From positions 3,534,001 to 3,562,531 of the forward strand of contig CAUYUJ010000001.1 of the NCBI GenBank assembly GCA_963575745.1: a DNA stretch of 28,531 nucleotides. Direction: 5' to 3'. The translations under genes and the position numbers were made by a program. Positions 1-10,455 of the stretch are shown here, in pieces. Every line of letters begins with the position of its first letter. The stretch's first letter is position 1. The notes below the pieces were generated by a model that saw only the letters and a program-made list of their open reading frames with translations, was not told the origin of the DNA and made no database searches. The DNA comes from Prorocentrum cordatum. Taxonomy: Eukaryota.

Positions 1-747
1 CGTCAGCTCTTTCCGCGTGCACGCCCTGAGGTCGTAAACAGCCTTGTGTTTCGACCAAGCTTTGCTTTCGTGGCATGTGGCCGATAATTGGACGCCGTCG
101 CACATGATGCACCACATGGCGTCGGGGTACCTGCTATGAGGGCTTCGGCTTTCGTCGCCATCAACCCCCATGGCCGCCCAAGCGAACAGGGGGGCGCAAA
201 GCGCACCACAAATTGTCATGGACGTGCGGATGGTGACTCCGACGCCCCCGCCCCGCCCGAAGACCCCGCCCGAGTCGATGTCCAGCAGCGTGCCCTCGGG
301 CACATTCAAGCGAGGTATTTTTTTTACCGTCTCTCGTGTGGTGGGGCTTTCGGCTGATATCCCAAACCCTTTTCCACTCCTTTTCGACGCGTTCACGCGT
401 GTACCCTGTGAAAAACTACACCCCCAAACGCCCCGACGCTGAGTGGCAGGAAGTGGCGTGTCACGTGTCACGGCTTGCTGGCACGGCGGCGGGAGTTTCC
501 GTAGGCAGCCAGATATGGAGAGTGCAGTTGCAACGTGCGAAGTCATGCATTCATCACCGATTGACCCATCGGGTCGGGGCTGCAGGCGGGGCGGGGGCGA
601 CAGGATCACCAATGAGAACTACGATATCGGGACATCAATTACAATATCGGGATCTCTGTGAAGACCCGCGGAAGGATGGAGAGAAGATGTAGGGTGACGC
701 AATGAGAGACATATCTATTCAGATGTATGTACATATATACACACAGA

Positions 748-1442
748 TTTCGTCAGGCGTCCACTCGCCATGGTCAACTTGCCCCAATGTCCCTTTACCA
801 CTCCCGTGGCGTTCCGAAGACGAGGTCAGACAATCCTAAGGAACAACAGCGCCACTTCCGAGAGCATTCACCGCGAATCGGGGCCCTCAGCCAGCACAGC
901 CAACAGGAACCCCAGGGACGAGACCCAAAAACGCCTGCAGGTCACAGACGGGGGCCCAAGACATTCCCCCTGACATAGACCACAGGCCCATACAGTCTGA
1001 CACAGAACGGCGGAGGGGGCCAAGCTAACCCCCGGGCTCAGGCACCGGATTGGGACAACTACGAGATTCGCGCTTCTACGAGGGGTGGCAAGCGGGTGGG
1101 GTCCAAAGAGGGTACGAGCAGGACGCGGCGAAGCACGGACCCACGGCCCCTGTATGATCATACACATTCGTGTATACGGGCATGCGGTTTTCGTCCGGCG
1201 TCCACTCGCCAGTGGTCAACTTGCTCCAGTGTCCCTTTGCCACTCCCGTGACGTTCCGAAGACGAGGCCAAACAGTCCCAAGGAACGGCACCGGCTCTTC
1301 CGAGAGCATTCACCGCGAATCGGGACCCCCAGCCAGCCCAGCCAGCAGGGCCGCCGGGGACGAGACCCCAAGACGCCTGCAGGTCACAGATGGGCGCCCA
1401 AGACACCACCTCTTGACACAGACCGCAGGCCCAGACATCCTG
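748..1442 (+). repeat. Diverged direct duplication of ~250 bp (748-999 and 1189-1442)
   Basis: Both copies share tttcgtc.ggcgtccactcgcca.tggtcaacttg...cgttccgaagacgagg...ttccgagagcattcaccgcgaatcggg...acgcctgcaggtcacaga; offset ~441 bp. Confidence 0.9.
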
Positions 1443-1949
1443 CCAAGATCCCACATTCGTGGCCCGCATGGGCCGCCTCTCTATCAGTTCGTACTATCCA
1501 CGCTTCACCCTATGGCCCTGGAGCGGACCAATTCGCACAACGCTGATGAGAACATTACAACTCGACTAGCTGATCCTGCACAATGAAAAATTCAGATGCT
1601 AAATCTGGCAACAATCAGCATCTACTTGTACATCTGCAACGCTCGGATGAACACATTACCAACTGGAACAAAGCTGGAGAGTGCAAATTCATAAGTACAG
1701 GTTCTAGAAAATGCACCGGCAAGCTGCCGTGGGCTCATCGCGACACGTCGGACAGAGAGAGCAGGGGAAATTGCAATTGGTCGCGAACGCGATCGCCGTT
1801 CCCCTGAAAGGTGGACGCCTGATAACCGAACTCCCTCGCGAGGGCCCGCAGCTGCCCGTCACAGTATTGCCAGAAGCCGCGTTCCAAACACCATGGCCCC
1901 ATTTCAGATCGAGGGAGCAGCCGCGCTCTTGTGAAAGCACTCCCCTGGA

Positions 1950-2511
1950 ACACCTGCAGGATTTCTGCGGAACCCTAAGGATTCCTGATGCAGGCTTGAG
2001 GAGTCCTGAGGGCCCCGGAAGAGCCCTAAGGACTCTTTTGACAAATCCCGGGGAGCCCGAAGGAGCCCGGACCCTGAGGAATCCTGAGGACCCCTGAGGA
2101 AACCTGAGAGGCCCTCAGGAATCCGGGGAAAGCCTGAAGATCTTTGAGAAACCCTGAGGAGCACTAAGGAATCTAGGTACATTTCGAGGAATCCCGAGGA
2201 ACCTTTAGGAACCAGAAGAAGTCCAGGGAGGGGGGCGAGGAATCCTGAGGATCCCTGAGGCACTCTGAGGAATCCTGGGGAGTCATGGGGAATCCTGAGG
2301 AAACCTGCGGCTGCCTTAGGAATCCGGAGGAATCATGAAGAATCCTGCGAACACCTGAGGATCCCTGAGGGTCCCCGATGAATCCTTGGGAATCCAGGAG
2401 ACCAGAGGATCCCTGAGAAATCCAAAGGACATCTGGGAAATCTGGAGGATCCCAGAGGAACCCTAAACCTTCAAGAATTCTCAGGGGTCCTGGGGAATGC
2501 TGAGGATCCCT
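1950..2511 (+). repeat. Degenerate ~10-bp satellite (GAATCCTGAG / GGAACCCTGA-like)
   Basis: Continuous variants of gaggaatcctgag and gatccctgagg over ~560 bp. Confidence 0.9.
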
Positions 2512-2605
2512 GGTGCTTTTTTTTCTAGCAGCGAGCTTCGGAGGGCCCCCCCGTCGCTCGTTGGCCTTTGCTCCCCCCCTCAGGGGCCTCCAGGCAGCAT
2601 TGTTA

Positions 2606-2845
2606 CCAACAGCAGCAACACCACCACCACCACAACCACCATCAACACCACCGACAACAACAACAGCAACACCAGCAACAGCAACAGCAACAACAACAAC
2701 AACAACAACATCAGCAACAGCAGAAACAGTCACAACAACAGCAGCAACAACAAGCACAACATCACCAACAACACCAACAACGACAACAACAACCGACGAC
2801 ACCCCCAACAACAAAAACAACGACACCGACACCGACAGCAACAAC
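2606..2845 (+). repeat. (CAA/CAG/CAC)n trinucleotide microsatellite
   Basis: Imperfect caacaacaacagcaac run; source of the poly-Q/N/T ORFs. Confidence 0.95.
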
Positions 2846-2929
2846 CATCCAGACCGCATAACCTCACTTCAGCGACGCGCCCAGGGGCAGTGAATGGCCG
2901 TTCGGCCCCTTAACTCTGGTGATAGGTAA

Positions 2930-3292
2930 TGTGGTAACGTGTGCTCCGATATGCCATATCATGCTTTGTTACGCTGTGTTGTGCTATGCTATGATCTATC
3001 ATATTATGTGAGGCTGTGACATGCTCTGTTTTGATATGCTTTGATATGATCATTTCTGCGATGCATTATTGTGGCATGCTTGCTTTGCCATGATATGTAA
3101 TGTTTTGTGCTGTGATGCTGTGCTATGACATTCACTTCTCTGTCGTGCTGTGTTGTGCTACGAATCATGCCATGGCATGGTGTGATCGGTCATGTTCTGT
3201 CGGACGGCGTAATGTTATGCGCTTTTCTGTCATAAATTATTGTGTTGTATTGTACTATATGTTATACTGCTGCTCTGTCATGTTATGATGTG
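2930..3292 (+). repeat. Degenerate pentanucleotide (TGTTA/TGCTA/TGATA-like) low-complexity tract
   Basis: Roughly 5-bp periodic tgcta/tgtta/tgata/tgcca units; AT-rich compared with flanks. Confidence 0.8.
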
Positions 3293-3296
3293 TCGA

Positions 3297-3751
3297 CGCG
3301 AGGCGGGACACTCGGACTCGGGAGCCTGGGGATCTGGCGGCCGCGGTATGCAGAGGGGCGCGAGGCGGGATTATCGGGGATACTCGGGAGCGTGGGGATC
3401 TGGCGGCCGCGGTATTCAGAGGGGCGTGAGGCGGGATTCTCAGGGATGCTCGGGAGCCTGGGGATCTGGCGGCCGCGGTATGCAGAAAGGCGCGAGGCGG
3501 GGCCCTCGAGGATACTCGGGAGCCTAGGGATGTAGCGGCCGCGGTATGCAGAGGGGCGCGATACGGGATTCTCGGGAATACTCGGGAGCCTGGGGATCTG
3601 GCGGCCTCGGTATGCAGAGGGGCGCGAAGCGGGACCCTCGAGGATACTCGGAAGCCTAGGGATGTGGCGGCCGCGGTATGCAGAGTTGCGCGAGACGGGA
3701 TTCTCGGGGATACTCGGGAGCCTAGGGATCTTGCGGCCGCGGTATGCAGGG
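3297..3751 (+). repeat. 66-bp minisatellite, ~7 copies
   Basis: Unit approx. tactcgggagcctggggatctggcggccgcggtatgcagaggggcgcgaggcgggattctcgggga; the gcggccgcggtat motif recurs at ~66-bp spacing. Confidence 0.95.
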
Positions 3752-3818
3752 TGGACAGGTCGGGAGGTCTGTTCTTAACATCTGCGTAACGACCCCAGTC
3801 TGTCGGGTGGGCAACAAT

Positions 3819-4177
3819 ACACGCACACACAAACACACACAGGCAGACACATACAGACACACACAGACACAAACAAAGGCACACACGCAAGACACACAGA
3901 CACACACACAGAGACATACATTGGCACATACGCAGATACACACAGACATGCACAGACATACATACACACAGACACACACACAGGCACAAAGAGACACAAG
4001 CAGACACACACACACACAAACAGACACACACTCACAGGCACACAGGCACACGAAAAGACACCCACACGTAACACACAGACAGACAGACACACACATCAGA
4101 TACACATAGACACACAGAGACACACAACATTACAGACACACACACACAGAGACACACACACAGACAGACACACACAC
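3819..4177 (+). repeat. Imperfect (CA)n/(CAGA)n microsatellite
   Basis: acacacagacacac pattern throughout. Confidence 0.95.
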
Positions 4178-4335
4178 TTTTTGCGTCGGCGGCTAGGCAG
4201 AGTCACTGCGCTGGCGATGGAGCGTTCGCGGGGTGCACAGAACGCGAATCAAGCCGAGATGCGCGGGGGAGGGAGGAAGAGAGCCCGGCGCCGGCAGGAG
4301 GAAGACGGCAGCCGGGCCCGCTCAGAGCTCAGCGA

Positions 4336-4500
4336 GCGAAGAACGGTACAACATAAACTTTTTCGCTGTCGGGGGCGCCTGTCCCTGGGCGGCTGGGAAG
4401 TTTATCCCCCTACGGTGCCACTGTAAGGGTACGAACTTTCCAGCCGCCATGGGGCAGGTGCCCCCGACGGCGAAGCAGTTTGTTTTGTACCGTTCTTCGC
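4336..4500. repeat. 165-bp fold-back palindrome (82-bp arms around a single central base)
   Basis: The left arm gcgaagaacggtacaa...ccctacggtg aligns without gaps to the reverse complement of the right arm cactgtaagggtacg...ttgtaccgttcttcgc, with 15 differences in 82 positions by manual count. Confidence 0.93.
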
Positions 4501-4628
4501 CCGTTGAAGAGCGGGGCCAGGCGGCGGCGGCGGGGGGCGGCAGGAGCCGGGGGCCAGGCAGCGCCGGCGTGGCGGCTTGGGGGGGGGGGGGGGGGGGAAG
4601 GCTTGCTCAGTTGCGGCACGTGCGACTA

Positions 4629-4805
4629 CCTCCTCCCTCCTCCTCCTCCCCCTCCTCCTCCTCCTCCTCCCTCCCTCCTCCTCCTCCTCCTCCTCCTCCT
4701 CCTCCCCCTCCCCTCCCCCTCCCCCTCCCCTCCCCCTCCCCCTCCCCTACCCTCCCTCCTCCTCCCTCTCCTCCTCCTCCTCCTCCTCCTCCTCCTCCTC
4801 CTCCT
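4629..4805 (+). repeat. (CCT)n / (CCCCCT)n polypyrimidine tract
   Basis: Almost pure C/T run. Confidence 0.95.
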
Positions 4806-4900
4806 TGGGTGCCGAGGTCGCGGAGACCTGCGAGGCGACCCGAGATGGCCAGCGAGGGGCACCTCAGGGGCGGGCACGGGGCGGCGCCAGGGGAGGGACA

Positions 4901-5064
4901 TTGACGGGGCCCACAAACACACAAATAAATACACACAAATAAACAGATTCCCCATATTTTCTAATATTTTCGGGTTTTTTGTCTTCCCCCCCACTTCCCA
5001 TATTTCCCCATATTTTCCTGGGAATCGACGATTAATTGTGTCCGTGTCTTTTTTCCTCTCCTGA
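4901..5064 (+). mobile_element. MITE-like dispersed element, family A, copy 1 (164 bp)
   Basis: Homologous to 7617-7778 and 26845-27006 (ggggccc..acacacaaa...cccatattt...ttgtgtc.gtgt.tttt.cc.ctcctga); flanked by ggaca / gggca. Confidence 0.7.
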
Positions 5065-5605
5065 GGGCAGGAGCAGCGCCCAGGGGGAAAGGAGCCAGCA
5101 AGAGCTGGAGGTGGGGGGGCACGCGAGGGCAGAAGGCCAATTGGGAGCCGAGGCCACGGGTGACCTGCGAGGCAGCCTGAGACGGCCGAAGCGAGACCAC
5201 CTCGAAGGGGAAGTGCCGGCCTGGCAAAGCGCAAGGCACGAAAGGGAGGCGTGGGCGGCGAGGCTGGCCGGGCCTGAGACGGGGCGGGGAAGCCACAGCC
5301 CGGCGGCGGCGGCCAGGGAGAGACGGCGAGCGCCGGGGGCAAGAGGAGCACTCGCCAGGAGGCTGGAGGAGGCAGAGCAGTTCAGCCGCCCAAGGCCGAC
5401 GAAACGGAGCGAGGCACGCTGGCGGGACGAGGGCCGCGAAGACGGACCCGTCCAGGGCGGAGGGGGCGGAGAGCCACTGCCCAGGGCGAGGCTGCGGGCG
5501 ATGCGGCCCAGCAGCAAAAACCTGCAGAGAGCCAGCGCACCGACGCGAAGCGGCCGGTGGCGCCAGGGGTGGGCGCCTTCGCCCGTGGGCGGCAGATGCG
5601 AGGCG

Positions 5606-5796
5606 GGAGGGGGGAGGAGGAGGAGGAGGAGGAGGAGGAGGAGGAGGAGGAGGAGGAGGGGAGGAGGAGGAGGAGGAGGGGAGGGAGGGAGGAGGGAGGA
5701 GGAGGAGGAGGGAGGAGGGAGGAGGAGGGAGGAGGGAGGAGGGAGGAGGGAGGAGGGGAGGAGGAGGAGGAGGGAGGAGGGAGGAGGGAGGAGGGA
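5606..5796 (+). repeat. (GAG/GGGA)n polypurine tract
   Basis: Pure G/A run, followed by (atgctatgga)x~3. Confidence 0.95.
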
Positions 5797-6602
5797 TGCT
5801 ATGGAATGCTATGGAATGCTATGAAAGGGACAAATGTCCAGCAGGCTCCCCAGGGTGGCGCAGGTACCACTTCCGCCACCTAGGAGCCAAGACCCGACTG
5901 AGCTTAAGTCGGAGTCACCACCAAAAAGACCTCCCCTCGAGATCAAAAAAGGACGCAGCCTGCCCGCAAATGAGCGATATGCCATCGCCGAGGCTATCCG
6001 TGCGCGGCAAGTGCGCTCCCGCCTCCGCCTCAAAAAGGGGAGGCACGCCTTGACCCCGATGGCAGCAACAACGCTCGCGGGCGCACACGCGCCACCACAC
6101 GCGACAGCGGCGTCGGGGATCCACCCATCCGACACCTGGCCGCCGCCGCGGGCCCGGGCCCGGGGCTGGAGACCATGCTCCGGAGACCAAGCTCCGCCCC
6201 TGCCCGCTGCCCACCACCCCCCCGCCGGGCGGGTAGACAGGGGAAGGACTGCAGAACCCCAGAGAGAGGAGGAGCCAAGAGAGGGGGGGGGGCGAGGGCC
6301 CCAGAAGGGGGAGGGACCCCAAGTAAGACGAGCCGCAGGGACCCCGCGCCAGGGGGGCCTGGCAAACGGGGGGCATCCCGAGCCCGCCCCACCCAGAGCC
6401 CCACCCCCACCCAGGGACAGCCAAGCCGAAGAGCGAGGAGAGCCAAGGAGCCAAGGAGCGGAGGAGCGGGGCACAGTCCCCCCCCGCCGACCCCCCCAAC
6501 AGGGGGGTGGCTGCCGATCATCGGGCCGGCTACCCAGGGGGATTTCAGTTCCCCGAGGGACCTGGCGTGCCCCCCCCACGCGCAGGTGCCCCCCCTCGGG
6601 GC

Positions 6603-7415
6603 GAGGAGGGAGGAGGGAGGAGGGAGGAGGGAGGAGGAGAGGAGGGAGGGAGGAGGGAGGAGGGGAGGAGGGAGGAGGGAGGAGGGAGGAGGGAGAGGAG
6701 GGAGGAGGGAGGAGGGAGGAGGGAGGAGGGAGGAGGAGGGAGGAGGAGGGAGGAGGAGGGAGGAGGCGGGAGGAGGGAGGGGGAGGAGGAGGAGGGAGGG
6801 GGGGGAGGAGTGGAGGGGAGGGAGGGGGAGGAGGAGGGATGGAGGGAGGAGGAGGGAGGAGGAGGGAGGAGGAGGAGAGGAGGCAAGGAGGAGGAGGGAG
6901 AGGATGGAGGAGGAGGAGGGAGGAGGAGGAGGAGGAGGAGGAGGAAGGAGGAGGAGGAGGAGGAGGAGGAGGAGGAGGTGGAGGAGGAGGAGGAGGAGGA
7001 GGAGGAGGAGGAGGAGGAGGGAGGAGGGAGGAGGGAGGAGGGGAGGAGGGAGGAGGAGGAGGGAGAGGAGGAGGGAGGAGGAGGGAGGAGGGAGGAGGAG
7101 GAGGAGGGAGGAGGAGGAGGGAGAGGAGAGGAGGGAGGAGGGAGGAGGGGAGGAGGGAGGAGGAGAGAGGAGGGAGGAGGGAGGAGAGGGAGGAGGAGGA
7201 TGGAGGAGGAGGGAGGAGGAGGCGAGGAGGAGGAGGGAGGAGGAGGGAGGAGGAGGGAGGAGGAGGAGGAGGAGGAGAGGGAGGAGGAGGGAGGAGGAGG
7301 GAGGAGGAGGAGGAGAGGAGGGAGGAGTAGGAGGAGGAGGAGGAGGAGGAGGATAGGAGGAGGAGGAGGAGGAGGAGGAGGAGGAGGAGGAGGAGGAGGA
7401 GGAGGAGGGGGGGGG
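6603..7415 (+). repeat. ~810-bp (GGA/GGGA)n polypurine tract
   Basis: Near-pure G/A run; explains the 370-673 aa Pro/Ser/Glu/Gly ORFs over it. Confidence 0.97.
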
Positions 7416-7616
7416 AGGGAACGGGGGGGGGGCACGCGGACCGACGGGCGAGCAGGAGAGCCCAGGGGGCGGCCGGCAGGCCAGGCAGAGCGAGGGACGG
7501 GCGGAGAGGCTCGCCCCGGGACGGTCCAGTCCGCGAGCGGGGGAAGCGCGAGGTGCGGGCGAGCTGGCCCGGCACCAAGACCCTGCAGAAGGCAATCGCG
7601 CCGGCGCCGCGGATAC

Positions 7617-7778
7617 TGAAGGGGCCCCAGGGCACACAAATCAATACACACACACATAAAGGTTTCCCTGTTTTCCCATATCTTCTGGGTTTTCTTCTTC
7701 CCCCCCCACTGCCCATAGTTTCCCATATTTTCGGGGGAAGCGGCGATTCATTGTGTCTGTGTGTTTTTCCCCTCCTGA
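7617..7778 (+). mobile_element. MITE-like dispersed element, family A, copy 2 (162 bp)
   Basis: tgaaggggcccc...cccctcctga, flanked by an exact gatac direct repeat (7612-7616 and 7779-7783). Confidence 0.75.
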
Positions 7779-8129
7779 GATACTTTTTTGGGTCCGCGGC
7801 TCCGAGGCGAGAGACAGGGAGCGAGCACAACGTCCGGGGCGCGGTACGTCACTAATTGGCGCGAGATTGCCGGGGACTCCAGCGGACGACACTCGCAGCG
7901 GCACATGCACATGCCAGGGACAAAATGCCCCTCATTGAGACGCCCTCCTGAGAGCGTGTGGTAGTGACACGGGGCGGGTGCCTCCGTCCAGGGGCAGCAG
8001 CGGCGGGGCGGGGGAGCACGGGGCCTGTCCACCCCGGGGCGGAGCGCGGCCCGCGCAAGGCGCTGTGGCAGGAGGAGGAGGAGCCCCACGGGCACAGAGG
8101 ATAGGGCGGGCGAGGAGTAAACAGGGCTA

Positions 8130-8263
8130 GGATCGGGATAAACCGCTCCAGAGCGTTCCGGAGCGCTCTCAGAGCGTCGTTCCGGGACGCTCTGGAGCGG
8201 CCGCGGCGCCCCATACATCCTCCAAACGCGCCGATTCTCAGAGATCTCGAGTTATCCCGATCC
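8130..8263. mobile_element. Small inverted-repeat element with 12-bp TIRs and an internal hairpin
   Basis: ggatcgggataa (8130-8141) and ttatcccgatcc (8252-8263) are perfect inverted repeats. The internal arms ccgctccagagcgttccgga and tccgggacgctctggagcgg (8143-8200) differ at one position. No clear TSD. Confidence 0.5.
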
Positions 8264-8883
8264 GATGTTGTCACGATCTTCGCGTCGCTTTACAGAGGCC
8301 CGGGGGGCGGCCGGCCGGCCGGGCAGAGCGGGGGAGGGCGGGGGGCGAGGCGGGCGGCAAGGGCGGAGCAGGACGCCCAGGCGGGGCGGGAGGCGCCCAA
8401 CCAAAGGGGGGAGGCGGGGCAGGGCGGCAGGACCGGCCCGCGCAAAGGCCCGGGGCAGCCGCGGGCGGCCAGCGGGCCGCCCCAGCGAAGAGGCGCTGGG
8501 GTCAAGCAGAATTAGGTGGACTCGGCAGATGCAGCAGCGGCGGCGAGGCAGGCGTGGGCGCCCGTGGCAGCCGGCCACCCGGGTGGGGCCAGGAGGTCAG
8601 GTGCAGGTGGCCACCGACGCCCACGGCAGCGTGCCAAGGATCTGCCGAGGCCGGGTGGCCAGTATGGCGAGGAGCACCCGCGGAGATGCTTCGCGGGGCT
8701 GCCGCGCCTTGCGAGTGCGCCGAGGGTGTGTGTGTGTGTGTGTGCCCAGGCCTGGGCGGAGGGGGAACGCACCGAAGCGGTGCACGGACTTGTGGGGCGG
8801 GCCAGCCGCGAGGCGGCGGGCAGCCCGAGGGCCAGCAGAAGCACGCGAGGGCAGCCCGCGCTGGACGGGGCCCCTGCGACGGC

Positions 8884-9105
8884 CTCTGAAGAAGGCCGTT
8901 CGGTGACGCCAGCGAGGAGAAAGATCTGCAGCCAGCCCAGGGCTGGCGCCTGGGACAGGACTCCAGGGCCGTTCGGAACCTCAACGAACTCGATGCCGTA
9001 GGACGGGGACAGGAATCCGGGAAGCTTGTAGCACTCGTGGACAACGTAGCCGATAGTGGGGAACATGAACACGCGCCCGTGCTTCAGCTCAGCCTCCTGC
9101 CGGCG
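8884..9105 (-). pseudogene. Degenerate fragment (probable single exon) of a chlorophyll a/c-binding light-harvesting complex protein, helix 1 to helix 2
   Basis: Minus-strand frame reads [69 protein letters not shown]. This matches the LHC helix-1 ELKHGRxxM motif, the PGxLSPS...VPNG loop and the GWxQI helix 2 typical of dinoflagellate/chromalveolate LHCs. Prolines sit at normally conserved sites (MFPT, PNGP), homology is lost after VTE, and no helix 3 (NGRLAM) was found nearby. Confidence 0.88.
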
Positions 9106-9108
9106 CGC

Positions 9109-10455
9109 GACAGACACACACACACACAGACAGACACACACACAGACACACACAGACACGCACACATAACGCACAGAAGTAGACACACACACACACACAG
9201 ACAGCCGCACATAGACACACACACACACACAGGCACCAACAGACTGACACAGACAGACAGACACACAGGGACATGGACACACACACAGACACAGAAAGAC
9301 GCACACACAGACACACACAGACTCACACAGGCACACAGAGAGACACAGACACAGTGACCCACAAAGACACACAAAGACACATAGAGGCACACAAACATAC
9401 ACAATGACGTACGGAAACACGCACAGACACAGCCAGACACACAGACATACCGGCACACAATGACACACGGGGACACGCATGGACACAACCAGACACACAG
9501 AGACACCGACACGCACGTAAACACACAGACACGTAGACACACAGACCCACAGACTGACAGACACACAGACATACAGAGAGACAGACGCACAGACACACAG
9601 GAACACAGACACACAGACACATAGACACATATAGACGCACAAGCACAGACACACACACACACACGAACACACACACGCACACACACACACACACGCACGC
9701 ACGCACGCACGACTGCACGCACGCACGCACGCACGCACGCACGCGCACGCACGCACGCTCGCTCGCTCGCTCGCTCTTCCACACAACACACACACACAAC
9801 GCACGCACGCACGCACGTACGCACGCACGCACGCACGCATGCACGCACGCACGCATGCACACACGCACACACGCGCACCCACGCGCACGCACGCGCACCC
9901 ACACGCACCCACACGCACCCACACTCACCCACACGCGCACCCACACGCGCACCCACACGCGCACCCACACGCGCACCCACACGCGCACCTACACGCGCAC
10001 CTACACGCGCACCCACACGCGCACCACACGCGCACCCACACGCACCCACACGCACCCACAAACGCACCCACACACGCACCCACAGCGCACCCACACGCGC
10101 ACCACACGCGCCACACACGCGCACCCTCACGCACCCACACGCGCACCCACACGCGCACCCACACGCGCACCCACACGCGCACCCAACCACAAGCGCACCC
10201 ACACGCGCACCCACACGCGCACCCACACGCGCACCCACACTTGCACCTACATGCGCACCTACACGCGCACCCACACGCGCACCCACACGCGCACCCACAC
10301 GCGCACCCACATGCGCACCCACATGCGCACCCACATGCGCACCCACACGCGCACCCACACGCGCACCCACACGCGCACCAACACCACGCGCACCAACACC
10401 ACGCACACACACACACACATGCACACACACACACACGCACACACACACACACACT
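9109..10455 (+). repeat. Compound (CA)/(CAGA), (GCAC)n and 12-bp (ACCCACACGCGC)n tract
   Basis: Successive motif blocks visible directly; source of the Cys/Val- and His/Thr-rich ORFs. Confidence 0.97.

Noticed and set aside
1543..1570. CTGATGAG as a hammerhead ribozyme core
   Set aside because: There is no GAAA after a plausible stem II and no flanking stems; the motif is part of a small degenerate duplication (~1538 and ~1637).
5830..6130. Minus-strand HLRAG peptide as a tyrosine recombinase remnant
   Set aside because: A stop follows within a few codons and no other catalytic motifs are in register.
5809..7830. Long ORFs (370-673 aa) over the GGA tract, and similar ORFs over the CA, CAA and satellite blocks
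   Set aside because: Open in several frames on both strands only because the repeats lack stop codons; the translations are low-complexity with no domain.
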